Positions 41,563 through 55,287 of a stretch of 64,000 nt of DNA are shown here, piece after piece; position 1 is the first letter of the stretch, and the number at the start of each line of letters is the position of its first letter. The translations under genes were made by a program, and so were the position numbers. The stretch lies in contig OZ024764.1 in NCBI GenBank assembly GCA_964016885.1, positions 9,548,001 to 9,612,000 of the forward strand, written 5' to 3'. The notes under the pieces were generated by a model that was not told the DNA's origin, did no database searches, and worked only from the letters and a program-made list of their open reading frames with translations. This DNA is from Eledone cirrhosa (taxonomy: Eukaryota).

Positions 41563-42870
41563 CATGTGTGTATCTATGTATGTGTGTGCCTGTGTGTGTG
41601 TGTGCATGTGTGTATCTGTGTATGTGTGAGTTTCTGAGCATATGTGTGTGTGTGCTTGTGTGTGTGTGTGCATGTGTGTATCTATGTATGTGTGAGTTTC
41701 TGAGCATGTGTGTGTGTGTGCCTGTGTGTGCATGTGTGTATCTGTGTATGTGTGAGTTTCTGAACATGTGTGTGTGTGCCTGTGTGTGCATTTTCGTGCA
41801 CGTGTGTTGGTGTATATATATGTGTATGCATGTGTGTCTATATATATGTGTATATGCCTGTGTGTGTATATACATGTGTATGCCTGTGTGTGTATATATG
41901 TGTGTATATGCCTGTGTGTGTATATATATATATATATGTGTATGTATATATGTCTATGCCTGTATATGTATGTGTGTGTGTGTGTATGCCTGAGTGTGTA
42001 TGTGTGTATGTATGTATATATGTGTATGCCTGAGTGTGTATGTGTGTGTGTATATATATGTGTGTATATATATGTGAGTATGCCTGTGTATATATATATA
42101 TGTGTATGCCTGTGTGTGTATATATATATGTGTATGCCTGTGTGTCTATATATGTGTGTATATGCCTGTGTGTGTATATATATATATATATGTGTATGTA
42201 TATATGTCTATGCCTGTATATGTATGTGTGTGTGTGTGTATGCCTGAGTGTGTATGTGTGTATGTATGTATATATATGTGTATGCCTGAGTGTGTATGTG
42301 TGTGTGTATATATATGTGTGTATATATATGTGAGTATGCCTGTGTATATATATATGTGTGTATGCCTGTGTGTATATATATATGTGTATATGCCTGTGTG
42401 TGTATATATATGTATATGTGTATGCCTGTGTGTGTGTATATATATGTGTATATGCCTGTGTGTGTATATATATGTGTATGCCTGTGTGTGTATATATGTG
42501 TGTATATGTCTGTGTCTGTATATATATATATATATATGTGTATGTATATATGTCTATGCCTGTATACGTATGTGTGTGTGTGTGTGTGTATGCCTGAGTG
42601 TCTATGTGTGTGTGTATATATATATATGTGTATGTATATATGTCTATGCCTGTATATGTATGTGGGTGTGGGTGTGTGTATGCCTGAGTGTGTATGTGTG
42701 TATATATATGTGAGTATGCCTGTGTATATATATATATATATGTGTATGCCTGTGTGTGTATATATATATATATATGTGTGTATATGCCTGTGTGTGTGTA
42801 TATATATGTGTATGCCTGTGTGTATATATATATGTGTATATGCCTGTGTGTGTATGTGTGTCTGTATATA

Positions 42871-42907
<37 letters not shown>

Positions 42908-43100
42908 GTGGGTGTGTGTATGCCTGTATGTGTATGTATATATATATATGTATATATATCTATATATGTGTAAGTATATATGTGTAAGTATATATGTGTA
43001 TGCATGCGCGTGTGTATATATGTGTGTGTATGCCTGTATGTGTATGTATATATATATATATGTGTATGCATGCGCGTGTGTATATATGTGTGGGTATGCC
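41030..43100. repeat. GT/AT compound arrays punctuated by tttctgagca and tatgcctg motifs
   Basis: Read directly. Confidence 0.9.
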
Positions 43101-43278
43101 TGTATTTGTATTACTCTTTTACCTGTACCAGCCATCCGGCTGAGGCCATGCTGGGGCACCGTGTATGTTTGTGTTTAAAATGTTTGTCTAGTTTTTATAA
43201 AGTTGGCTCTTTCAGTTGTGTAATTAAGGTTGTTAGGGCATTCTTTGATGTTGCATGCTGGGATACCCTTTCTTTTTA

Positions 43279-43412
43279 TCATCATCATCTTCCTCATCAC
43301 CACCATCATCACCATCACCATCATTATTCTCATCACCACTACCACCATCATCATCACCACCACCACCACCACCACCTCCACCACCACCACCACCACCACC
43401 ACCACCACCTCC

Positions 43413-43458
<46 letters not shown>

Positions 43459-43601
43459 CCACCACCTCCACCATCATCATCCTCATCATCATCACCACCA
43501 TCATCACCATCACCATCATTATTCTCATCACCACTACCACCATCATCATCACCACCACCACCACCTCCACCACCACCACCACCACCACCACCACCACCTC
43601 C

Positions 43602-43650
<49 letters not shown>

Positions 43651-43808
43651 CCACCACCTCCACCATCATCATCATCATCACCATCACCACCACCTCCACC
43701 ATCATCACCACCACCACCACCACCACCACCACCACCACTGCCACCACCACCACCACCACCACCACCACCACCACCACCACCACCACCACCATCATTATCA
43801 TCATCATC
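43279..43808. repeat. CAC/CAT array with internal duplication
   Basis: Read directly. Confidence 0.93.
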
Positions 43809-43937
43809 TGAGGTTAACTTTACCTTCCATCCTTACAGGGTCTATAAAATAATGGCTGTCACCGAAATATATATAGCAGTACATCTTTAATAAACGAAGC
43901 CAAATCATAAATATTTGACTTAATTACTTTATTTTAT

Positions 43938-44271
43938 CATCATCATCATTTTACGTCCGCTTTTCCCTGCTTGCAAGGGTGGGACGGGAACTGATTCTGG
44001 CTTGATTTCTACAGCTGGATGCCCTTCCTAACACCAACCTCATTTACAGTGAGTGCTGGGTGCTTTTTTGCCATGGCGCCTACATGACCACTTTGCAGTG
44101 GAATGATAGGGACCCCAGTCCCTATCATCTCATTTCTACAGCTGAGTAAACTGGAGCAATGTGAAATAAAGTGTCTTGCTCAAGGAAACAACACATCACC
44201 CGGTCTGAGAATTGAACTCACAACCTTTCGATTGCAAGGCCAATGCTCTAACCACTAAGCCATGTGCCTCC
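43938..44271 (-). mobile_element. SINE family B, full length
   Basis: Matches the family B consensus. Confidence 0.9.
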
Positions 44272-44614
<343 letters not shown>

Positions 44615-44631
44615 TATATATATATATATAT

Positions 44632-44768
44632 CATCATCATCATCATCATCATTTTACGTCCGCTTTTCCCTGCTTGCAAGGGTGGGACGGGTCTTATTCA
44701 GCACAGCATCTCTCCACTTGTCACGGTCCTTCGTCATCTCCACCGTGAGCTTCAATGATCTGAGGTCT
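44632..44768 (-). mobile_element. RTE LINE 3' end whose terminus equals the SINE B tail
   Basis: DLRSLKLTVEMTKDRDKWRDAVLNKTRPTLASREKRT* followed by (TGA)n. Confidence 0.85.
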
Positions 44769-45276
44769 GTATATATAGATATATATATATATAAATTAAT
44801 ATGTATGTGATGAAACACAGATACCAACACATCTGTATATATATTGCAAAAGAAAAGGGCATCCATCTGTAGAAATCAAGCCATATGTATATATATGTGC
44901 ATGGAAATATACTGTAGCGTGTCGTGTGTATGGTTGATGATTGTGGTGTTGTTAAATTCTGAAAACCTCATTTCCTTGGCCTGTTTTGAAGTTTTTAAAG
45001 ACTGTTTTTACCTTTTTCATTGATGTGTGAGTATTTTGATTTTCTAATCATAATTGATAGGTGGTCTGAGAAAAGGTGGAAGCTTGTTGCCAAGTGTCTA
45101 TAATTGCTAACTTTGTCTATGTGGTGGTTGTGATGGCTGTCTGGTTAGTTTGTCTAACCACATATATGTTTGTATGTATGTATTTATGTATATATTAAAT
45201 CGTCAAGTATGAAATTTGTAGAAATTTGTAAAAAAAAAAAAAAAATTCTACAAATTTCATACTTGACGACCCAATA

Positions 45277-45620
45277 TCATCATCATCATCATCATCAACG
45301 TTTAACGTCCGTGTTCCACGCTTGCATGGGTTTGGACGGGGGTAGTCCCACTTGAAGCAAGAGTGATTGTCTTGCTCGCATAGGACTGTCTGGCAGGTTT
45401 TCTACAGTTGGATGCCCTTCCTAACACCAACCACATTTACAGTGTGGGTCTGGGAGGATTTTACCGTGTTGCCTACACGGCCACATTACAGCGTGGACTG
45501 TGTGTTTTTTTGTCATGACACCTACACGATCTCATTTGTTTCGGCCTGGATGGCGCGGCACCAACATAACTTTACATTGAACGGGGTGGTGTGGATGGGG
45601 TGGGGGTGGTGGGACGGGGC
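45277..45620 (-). mobile_element. RTE 3' UTR copy
   Basis: Reverse complement of 1300-1645. Confidence 0.9.
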
Positions 45621-45827
45621 TGTATGTATGTATAGGAACGATCGACTTTCGTCAAATCGGACCGAGTAAACAATGTTTCCGTTGGTTTTTCCAATCTATG
45701 TGGTGGTTGTGATGGCTGTCTGGTTAGTTTGTCTAACCACATATATGTTTGTATGTATGTATTTATGTATATATTAAATCGTCAAGTATGAAATTTGTAG
45801 AAATTTGTAAAAAAAAAAAAAAAAAAC

Positions 45828-45904
45828 ATTTTGAGATAGAGCGTCCGTGATGTTTGCTCTGATCTCAGATCAGATCAAACATCACGGACGCTCTATCTCA
45901 AAAT
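45828..45904. repeat. 77-bp near-perfect palindrome
   Basis: attttgagatagagcgtccgtgatgtttg...caaacatcacggacgctctatctcaaaat. Confidence 0.85.
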
Positions 45905-46130
45905 TATTTTTGAAAAGCATTAAAAATGCGCAACCGGTAAAACTAAAAACCAAAACTGAATACTAACCAATACTATTACTAATTCTCACTTATTCCTAAT
46001 TAAACTATTTTTCACTGTGAACAATTTGTCAGCATTTTCTATTCCGTTTACCAATATATCATAACTTGTGTGTTACACCTCTATTCTTTTAAATATATAT
46101 ATATATATATATATTATATGTATGTATCTA

Positions 46131-46162
<32 letters not shown>

Positions 46163-46228
46163 CAGTATATATGTATGCAATTATATATATACATATATAC
46201 ATAAATACATATATATATATATATATAC

Positions 46229-46640
46229 GATATTAAACAAATGGAAACTATATTTATTTCATTATACATATTTCAGGGATACCATATTAAAAATATGGCA
46301 TGCCTTCTTCAGATAAAATACAATATATAAGCAGTTTTATAAATAAATTTGACGTACCATAAATATTGTTCAACTTCCATTTTAAAAAGTTGGTTTGGAA
46401 GTTGAACAATATTTATGGTACGTCAAATTTATTTATAAAACTGCTTATATATTGTATTTTATCTGAAGAAGGCATGCCATATTTCTAATATGGTATCCCT
46501 GAAATATGTATAATGAAATAAATATGGTTTTATAAATATAGTTTCCATTTGTTTAATATCATATATCTACTCCAAAACTTGTTGAGTGCTTTATATCAGT
46601 TATAAAATATTTACTCGTTGTAACCCAACAATTTTAAATA
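46229..46640. mobile_element. Palindromic twin-hammerhead element (family H1) with unpaired tail
   Basis: Arms 46229-46379 and 46396-46560. Hammerheads at 46257-46318 (-) and 46457-46518 (+): ttttat CTGAAGA aggcatgccatatt-tct-aatatggtatccct GAAA tatgta TA atgaaa. Confidence 0.82.
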
Positions 46641-46647
46641 AATCTTT

Positions 46648-46758
<111 letters not shown>

Positions 46759-46817
46759 ATATTAAATAAATGGAAATTATATTTATAAAACCATATTAAT
46801 TCTATTATATATATTTC

Positions 46818-47006
46818 AAGTGGATTGGCAGTATCGGTAGAGGGTCGGACGCCATGCTTTGATGCATAGAGTTACGGCCCTTGCCATTCTGAGTTCAAAT
46901 CCCGCCTAGGTTAACTTTGCCTTTCATCCTTACGGGGTCGATAAAATAAAGTACCAGTAATGCACTGGGATAATTGCTGGCCTTGTGCCAAAAGTAGAAA
47001 CAATTA
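46818..47006 (+). mobile_element. tRNA-like SINE with Nin-like central domain
   Basis: tggcagtatcggtaga A-box, gagttcaaatcc B-box, gcctttcatccttacggggtcgataaaataaagtaccagt. Confidence 0.75.
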
Positions 47007-47032
47007 TATATATTTCAAGAAAAATACCGTAA

Positions 47033-48133
47033 CATCATCATCATCATCGTTTAACGTCCATATTCCACGCTTGCATGGGTTTGGACGGGAGTTTTCCCAC
47101 TTGAGGCAAGAGTGGTTGTCTTGCTCGCATAGGACTGTCTGGCGGGTTTTCTACAGCTGGATGCCCTTACTAACACCAACCACATTTACAGTGTGGGGCT
47201 GGGAGATTTTTACTGTGTTGCCTACACGGCCACATTACAGCGTGGACTGTCTGGCAGGTTTTCTACAGCTGGATGCCCTTCCTAACACCAACCACATTTA
47301 CAGTGTGGGGCTGGGAGGTTTTTACTGTGTTGCCTACACGGCCACATTACAGCGTGGACTGTCTGGCAGGTTTTCTACAGCTGGATGCCCTTCCTAACAC
47401 CAACCACATTTACAGTGTGGGGCTGGGAGGTTTTTACTGTGTTGCCTACACGGCCACATTACAGCGTGGACTGTCTGGCAGGTTTTCTACAGCTGGATGC
47501 CCTTCCTAACACCAACCACATTTACAGTGTGGGGCTGGGAGGTTTTTACCGTGTTGCGTACACGGCCACATTACAGCGTGGACTGTCTGGCAGGTTTTCT
47601 AAAGCTGGATGCCCTTCCTAACACCAACCACATTTACAGTGTGGGGCTGGGAGGTTTTTACCGTGTTGCCTACACGGCCACATTACAGCGTGGACTGTCT
47701 GGCGGGTTTTCTACGGCTGGATGTCCTTCCTAACACCAACCACATTTACAGTGTGGGGCTGGGAGGTTTTTACCGTGTTGCCTACACAGCCACATTACAG
47801 CGTGGACTGTGTGTTTTTTTGTCGTGACACCTACACGATCTCATTTGTTTCGGCCTGGATGTTGTGGCACCAACATAACTTTACATTGAAGGGGCTGTAA
47901 TGTGGCCGTGTAGGTAACACGGCCACATTACAGCGTGGACTGTCTGGCAGGTTTTCTACAGCTGGATGCCCTTCCTAACACCAACCACATTTACAGTGTG
48001 GGGCTGGGAGGTTTTTACTGTGTTGCCTACACGGCCACATTACAGCGTGGACTGTCTGGCAGGTTTTCTAAAGCTGGATGCCCTTCCTAACACCAACCAC
48101 ATTTACAGTGTGGGACTGGGACGTTTTTACCGT
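47033..48133 (-). mobile_element. RTE 3' UTR with a 112-bp tandem amplification (6 + ~2 units)
   Basis: Units begin gactgtctggc at 47133, 47245, 47357 and so on. Short fold-back at 47894-47934. Confidence 0.9.
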
Positions 48134-48209
48134 CTAACAGTTCAAGGAAAACTTGAACCGTTAAGTTATTTTTCTTTTTTATGTCAAAATTTATAAAACA
48201 CACTTCGTA

Positions 48210-48268
48210 TTTTATCTGATGATAGCGTACCAAAGTTTTTTGGTACCCTTGAAATATATATAATAGAA
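48210..48268 (+). ncRNA. Type I hammerhead ribozyme motif (family H1)
   Basis: ttttat CTGATGA tagcgtaccaaa-gttt-tttggtaccctt GAAA tatata TA atagaa. Confidence 0.78.
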
Positions 48269-48410
48269 TAAATATGGTTTTATAAATATAGTTTCCATTT
48301 ATTTAATATCATTGAATATTTACTCCAGAAAACTTGTTGAGTGCTCCGAATCAGTTATAAACATTTATATTTGTTGAATTACAAACAAATTGAATATCCC
48401 TTCTACTTAT

Positions 48411-48706
48411 ATCATCATCATCATCATCATCAACGTTTAACGTCCGTGTTCCATGCTTGCATGGGTTTGGACGGGGGTAGTCCCACTTGAGGCAAGAGTG
48501 ATTGTCTTGCTCGCATAGGACTGTCTGGCAGGTTTTCTACAGTTGGATGCCCTTCCTAACACCAACCACATTTACAGTGTGGGTCTGGGAGGTTTTTACC
48601 GTGTTGCCTACACGGCCACATTACAGCGTGGACTGTGTGTTTTTTTTGTCGTGACACGATCTCATTTGTTTCGGCCTGGATGGCGCGGCACCAACATAAC
48701 TTTACA
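48411..48706 (-). mobile_element. RTE 3' UTR copy
   Basis: Reverse complement of 1345-1645. Confidence 0.9.
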
Positions 48707-48827
48707 TATATATATATAGTAATAATAATAAAATTGAAGACTATAATCCAAAGAGGGCTCGATAAGGAAAATATATATGAAATATATAAGAACCGTAGAG
48801 CAATAATCTGTTATTTTAATAAATATA

Positions 48828-48980
48828 TACCTTTGAACTCTGTTCCCACACACTTCTCACCTGAGGAAGGGCTTATGCCCGAAACGTCGTCCCCCACCAA
48901 CACCCCACTCTCCAGAGCGTGAAATTAATAAACATTCGTTGTACTACCTCTCTGTTTTGTTCCTGTTCAAATTTTCCATT
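48828..48980 (+). mobile_element. PLE-like terminus with a non-canonical hammerhead-like core
   Basis: cac CTGAGGA a gggc ttat gccc GAAA cgtcg..., then aataaa. Second copy at 63874-64000. Confidence 0.5.
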
Positions 48981-49292
48981 ATATATATATATCTTTATTT
49001 ATTTGTTTATTTATTTATTTATTCATTTTTTTTTATATCGATAGATAGATAGATATGTATATATATATGTATGTATGTATATATATATATATATATACAT
49101 ACATTTATATATATATACTCACATACACATAAATATACAAATATGCATATATGTGTACATGTATGTATATATATATATGTTAAAACAATTCTAGTAGTTT
49201 ATTGGTTTAAGTGCATCTGAAGAGCAGAGATTCTTATAGTGCTTCATTTAAAAAAAACATCGACACACACATATATATATATATATATATAC

Positions 49293-49372
<80 letters not shown>

Positions 49373-49481
49373 GTACACACATATATATACGCATATATAT
49401 ACGCATATATATATATATATATATACATATAATATACACATACATATACACATATATATACACATATACATATATATATAC

Positions 49482-49526
<45 letters not shown>

Positions 49527-50003
49527 TATACACACTTATATATACACATACATATACACATACATATACACATATATATACACATATACATACACACATA
49601 CATATACACATATATATACACATATACATACACATATACATATATATATACACATACATATACACATATATATACATATATATATATATACACATATATA
49701 TATACACTTATATATACACATACATATACTTATATACATATACACATACATATACACATATATATACATATACACATATATATATACACTTATATATACA
49801 CATATACATATATATATATTTATACACATATATATACTAATATATACACATTTATATACACATACATATACACATATATATATACACACATATATATGTA
49901 CACATACATATACACACACATATATATGTGCACATACATATACACTTATAAATACACAAACATATACATATATATACATACATAAATATACATACATATA
50001 CAA

Positions 50004-50050
<47 letters not shown>

Positions 50051-50419
50051 TATATATATTGGTTCGTCAAGTATGAAATTTGTAGAAATTTTTTTTTTTT
50101 TACAAATTTCTACAAATTTCATATTTGACCCAATACATACACAAAATGGGAGAGGGGGTGAGATAGAGGGAGAAGCTTCAATCAATATCTCCCTGCTATA
50201 GCTTCATGCTATTATTTATATCCCTACGCACCCACCCCTCCATTTTGCCCTGGTCCCTATTGATTACAAGATCAATGATAAGGAATCACTTCTATACTGA
50301 TTGATTTTTTTTTTTTTTTATCCTACCCACGCGCCCCACTCCTTCTACATCATCAAATGGCCCCCTGCGGAGGAAGGGGAGTTGGATTGGACACACCCTG
50401 AGGAATCCACCATGCAACA

Positions 50420-50950
50420 CTACATACCAAGCCCTGATCTAGAGCCTGCAAGATAAGAGGAAGAAAGTTTGACCTCCATGGCAGCTGGAGATGTGACACT
50501 GAGGCTGAATTAAGAAAACTGGAAGCCACCTGGAATGGAGTTCCCCTGAAGCAGGTAGAGAAGTTTAAGGTTCTCGGGGCCATGTTCAAGAATTATGCAA
50601 GGCAGGAAGCTGAATTAAGTGCAAGAATAGCTGGAGCTGGTGCAGTAATGCACCAGCTTCAGCATTCAGTAATCAGAGGGAGGTAGGTGTAAAAGCCAAA
50701 CTCGCTATCTTCAATTCAATATTTGTGCCAACTCTTGCCTATGAGCATGAATCTTGGGTAATGACCGAAAGAATACGATTGCGAATACAAGTGGCCGAAA
50801 TGGGGTTCCTCTGAAGGGTCTTTGGAGTAATGTTACTTGATAGAGTGTGTAGCTCAGAGAGTCACTCCAGTTAGAGCCGCTACTTCTCTGAATTGAGAGA
50901 TCACTGCTCTGATACTACAGACATGTGGTTAGAATGTCTCAGGAAAGAAT
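50420..50950 (+). pseudogene. Degenerate RTE (Expander/Rex3-like) RT C-terminal fragment
   Basis: LKQVEKFKVLGAMF...ARIAGAGAVM...AKLAIFNSIFVPTLAYEHESWVMTERIRLRIQVAEMGFL*RV...LEPLLL*IERS, with stops and frameshifts. Confidence 0.85.
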
Positions 50951-52620
50951 CTCTGGATTGAGAGATCACAGCTCTGATACTACAGACATGTGGTAATAAT
51001 GTCTCAGGAAAGAATCTCTGGATTGAGAGATCACAGCTCTGATACTACAGACATGTGGTAATAATGTCTCAGGAAAGAATCTCTGGATTGAGAGATCACT
51101 GCTCTGATACTACAGACATGTGGTTATAATGTCTCAGCAGAGAATCTCTGGATTGAGAGATCACAGTTCTGATACTACAGACATGTGGTTATAATGTCTC
51201 AGGAAAGAATCTCTGAATTGAGAGATCACAGTTCTGATACTACAGACATGTGGTTATAATGTCTCAGAAAAGAATCTCTGGATTGAGAGATCACAGCTCT
51301 GATACTACAGACATGTGGTTATAATGTCTCAGGAAAGAATCTCTGAATTGAGAGATCACAGTTCTGATACTACAGACATGTGGTTATAATGTCTCAGAAA
51401 AGAATCTCTGGATTGAGAGATCACAGCTCTGATACTACAGACATGTGGTTATAATGTCTCAGGAAAGAATCTCTGAATTGAGAGATCACAGTTCTGATAC
51501 TACAGACATGTGGTTATAATGTCTCAGGAAAGAACCATTGGATTGAGAGATCACAGCTCTGATACTACAGACATGTGGTTAGAATGTCTCAGGAAAGAAT
51601 CTCTGGATTGAGAGATCACAGCTCTGATACTACAGACATGTGGTTATAATGTCTCAGGAAAGAATCTCTGAAATGAGAGATCACAGTTCTGATACTACAG
51701 ACATGTGGTTATAATGTCTCAGGAAAGAATCTCTCAATTGAGAGATCACAGCTCTGATACTACAGACATGTAGTTAGAATGTCTCAGGAAAGAATCTCTG
51801 AATTGAGAGATCACAGTTCTGATACTACAGACATGTGGTTATAATGTCTCAGAAAAGAATCTCTGGATTGAGAGATCACAGCTCTGATACTACAGACATG
51901 TGGTTATAATGTCTCAGGAAAGAACCTCTGGATTGAGAGATCACAGCTCTGATACTACAGACATGTGGTTAGAATGTCTCAGGAAAGAATCTCTGGATTG
52001 AGAGATCACAGCTCTAATACTACAGACATGTGGTTAGAATGTCTCAGGAAAAAAATCGCTGAATTGAGAGATCACAGCTCTAATACTACAGACATGTGGT
52101 TAGAATGTCTCATGAAAGAATCTCTGGATTGAGAGATCACAGCTCTAATACTACAGACATGTGGTTAGAATGTCTCAGGAAAGAATCGCTGAATTGAGAG
52201 ATCACAGCTCTAATACTACAGACATGTGGTTAGAATGTCTCAGGAAAGAATCTCTGGATTGAGAGACCACAGCTCTAATACTATGGACATGTGGTCAGAA
52301 TGTCTCAGGAAAGAATCGCTGAATTGAGAGATCACAGCTCTAATACTACAGACATGTGGTTAGAACGTCTCAGGAAAGAATCTCTGGATTGAGAGACCAC
52401 AGCTCTAATACTATGGACATGTGGTTAAAATGTCTCATGAAAGAATCTCTGGATTCAGAGATCACAGCTCTAATACTACAGGCATGTGGTCAGAATGTCT
52501 CAGGAAAGAATCGCTGAATTGAGAGATCACAGCTCTAATACTACAGGCATGTGGTTAGAATGTCTCAGGAAAGAATCTCTGAATTGAGAGATCACAGCTC
52601 CAATACTATGTACATGTGGT
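50886..52620. repeat. 65-bp minisatellite, ~26 copies, derived from RTE coding sequence
   Basis: Unit ctctggattgagagatcacagctctgatactacagacatgtggttataatgtctcaggaaagaat. Confidence 0.95.
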
Positions 52621-52859
52621 TTTGAGAAACACATAGTATTTTGTACACATATATAATAGGAATAATATTCAGGAAAAAATACATACTTTAAGGTGGAAAA
52701 AGTTATTTTTTCCTGACAGCACTGTTACAAAGTCCAAAAGACTTGGGCAAAGCGCAAAATTAATTTAACCAATTGACTGTCAATTACCTAATATCGATTC
52801 TGATACAGCCAACAGAAGACAAGGAGTTAATCATTAAAGGACAGTGTCTTTACATATAC

Positions 52860-52993
52860 ATCATCATCATCATCATCATCTATAATCCATTTTTTAATCG
52901 ATGTTTGCAGGGATTGGATGGGTCCTATTCTGCACAGCATCTCTCCGCTTGTCACATTTCTTCGTCATCTCTTCTCTGAGTTTCAGCAATCTG
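52860..52993 (-). mobile_element. Diverged RTE 3' end
   Basis: Homologous to 44632-44768, with (TGA)n tail. Confidence 0.65.
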
Positions 52994-53057
52994 AAAAAAT
53001 ATTATTAGGAACAACTAAGTGAAGGGCAGCCATGTTGTCAATATATATATATGTGTG

Positions 53058-53095
<38 letters not shown>

Positions 53096-53099
<4 letters not shown>

Positions 53100-53285
53100 G
53101 AAGGAAATGTGGTAAGGAACCAGGTGGACCATAATGCACCAAAGTACTCAATACTTAGGGTAGTAGAGTGGGTAATAGGAACAAGTAAGACCCCGACGGC
53201 TGAGCTCAAGCCGTTTCGACGGCTAATTCTGTACAGAATTAGCCATCGAAACGGCTTGAGCTCAGCCGTCGGGGTCTTACTTGTT

Positions 53286-53290
<5 letters not shown>
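53096..53290. mobile_element. Fold-back element family P1
   Basis: Pivot ctaattctgtacagaattag. Confidence 0.8.
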
Positions 53291-53329
<39 letters not shown>

Positions 53330-53485
53330 TATATTGATATATGCATATATATACATGTTCATATATGCATATATATATACATGTTGATATATACATATAT
53401 AAATATGTATAATAAAATATATATTTTGATTATGAGAATATTTTTCATTTATTAACATCTTGAATAATATATATATATACATGTT

Positions 53486-53516
<31 letters not shown>

Positions 53517-53518
53517 TC

Positions 53519-53565
<47 letters not shown>

Positions 53566-53569
53566 CATG

Positions 53570-53604
<35 letters not shown>

Positions 53605-53608
53605 GTTC

Positions 53609-53642
<34 letters not shown>

Positions 53643-53648
53643 GTGTTC

Positions 53649-53682
<34 letters not shown>

Positions 53683-53688
53683 GTGTTC

Positions 53689-53723
<35 letters not shown>

Positions 53724-53730
53724 CATGTTC

Positions 53731-53776
<46 letters not shown>

Positions 53777-53780
53777 GTTC

Positions 53781-53815
<35 letters not shown>

Positions 53816-54168
53816 CATGTTCATATATACATATATATATATATATATATATCGTGGGTGGGAAAGTTGCACATCACTTGTCAGAATCTTATTTCTTTTA
53901 ATATAAGCACTATTGATCTAAAATTGATATTTCAAAATACATAATTCTTACACATCTACACATATAAATATTTCTGTGTATATATCATCATCATCATCAT
54001 CATCATCATTTTACGTCCGCTTTTATATTATATATTATAGTTAAAACAGAAAACAAAAACAAAGCGAAGTGTGCAGTACAAAGTATTAGAATTAGGTTCA
54101 CACTGGAGAGTGAGGGGACACACACACACCACACATATATATATATATATATGTGTGTGGTGTGGATT

Positions 54169-54206
54169 GCCCTGATGAGTCCTTAATAGGACGAAACATT
54201 GTCGGC
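54169..54206 (+). ncRNA. Minimal type I hammerhead ribozyme, canonical core
   Basis: gcc CTGATGA gtcct-taat-aggac GAAA cattg TC ggc (GUC site), aataaa at 54208. Confidence 0.9.
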
Positions 54207-54356
54207 TAATAAAAACTTTTGATGTATTAAAGGATTCTTTGTTTTACTCTCTTAATTTTTTGGCTCTGTTTAACTGCATTGAGCTATACCTTTTACTGTC
54301 ATTTCTATAATACGAAGAGGGTGTTTGACTCCAACACGCTCCAGTATTCTAATCCT

Positions 54357-54387
<31 letters not shown>

Positions 54388-54419
54388 TTGTTTTTGTTTT
54401 CTGTTGTGCAAGACACTTT

Positions 54420-54685
54420 ATTTCCTTGAGCAAGACACTTTATTTCACATTGTTCCAGTTTACTCAGCTGTAGAAATGAGATGTTAGGGACTGGGGTCCC
54501 TATCATTCCACTGCAAAGTGGTCGTGGAGGTGCCACGGTAAAAAAGCACCCAGCACTCACTGTAAATGAGGTTGGTGTTAGGAAGGGCATCCAGCTGTAG
54601 AAATCAAGCCAGAATCAGTTCCCGTCCAACCCTTGCAAGCAGGGAAAAGCGGACGTAAAAATGATGATGATGATGATGATGATGA
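54420..54685 (+). mobile_element. SINE family B lacking the head
   Basis: CORE through tail. Confidence 0.85.
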
Positions 54686-54743
54686 TATATATATATACAA
54701 TGATATTAAATAAATGGAAACTATATTTATAAAACCATATTTA

Positions 54744-54802
54744 TTCTATTATATATATTTCAAGGGTACGAAAAAACTTTGGTACGCTATCATCAGATAA
54801 AA
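54744..54802 (-). ncRNA. Type I hammerhead ribozyme motif (family H1)
   Basis: Reverse complement of the 48210-48268 motif with one substitution. Confidence 0.75.
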
Positions 54803-54912
54803 TACAAAAAGTGTTTTATAAATTTTGACATAGCCAAGGAAAAACATACCTTATCAGATAAATATTCCTTGGGCATATTCAAGGAATATTCAACTGATAA
54901 GGTATATATATA

Positions 54913-54943
<31 letters not shown>

Positions 54944-55044
54944 GTGTGTGTGTGTGTATATATATATATGTGTGTGTGTGTATATATATATATATGTGTG
55001 TGTGTGTATATATATATATATGTGTGTGTGTATATATATATATA

Positions 55045-55097
<53 letters not shown>

Positions 55098-55100
55098 ATA

Positions 55101-55183
<83 letters not shown>

Positions 55184-55244
55184 ATATATATATGTGTGTG
55201 TGTGTATATATATATGTGTGTGTGTATGTGTGTGTATATATATA

Positions 55245-55287
<43 letters not shown>

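Noticed and set aside
50886-52620. CRISPR-like or coding repeat array
   Set aside because: There are no spacers. The 65-bp unit is not a multiple of 3, contains stops and derives from a dead RTE.
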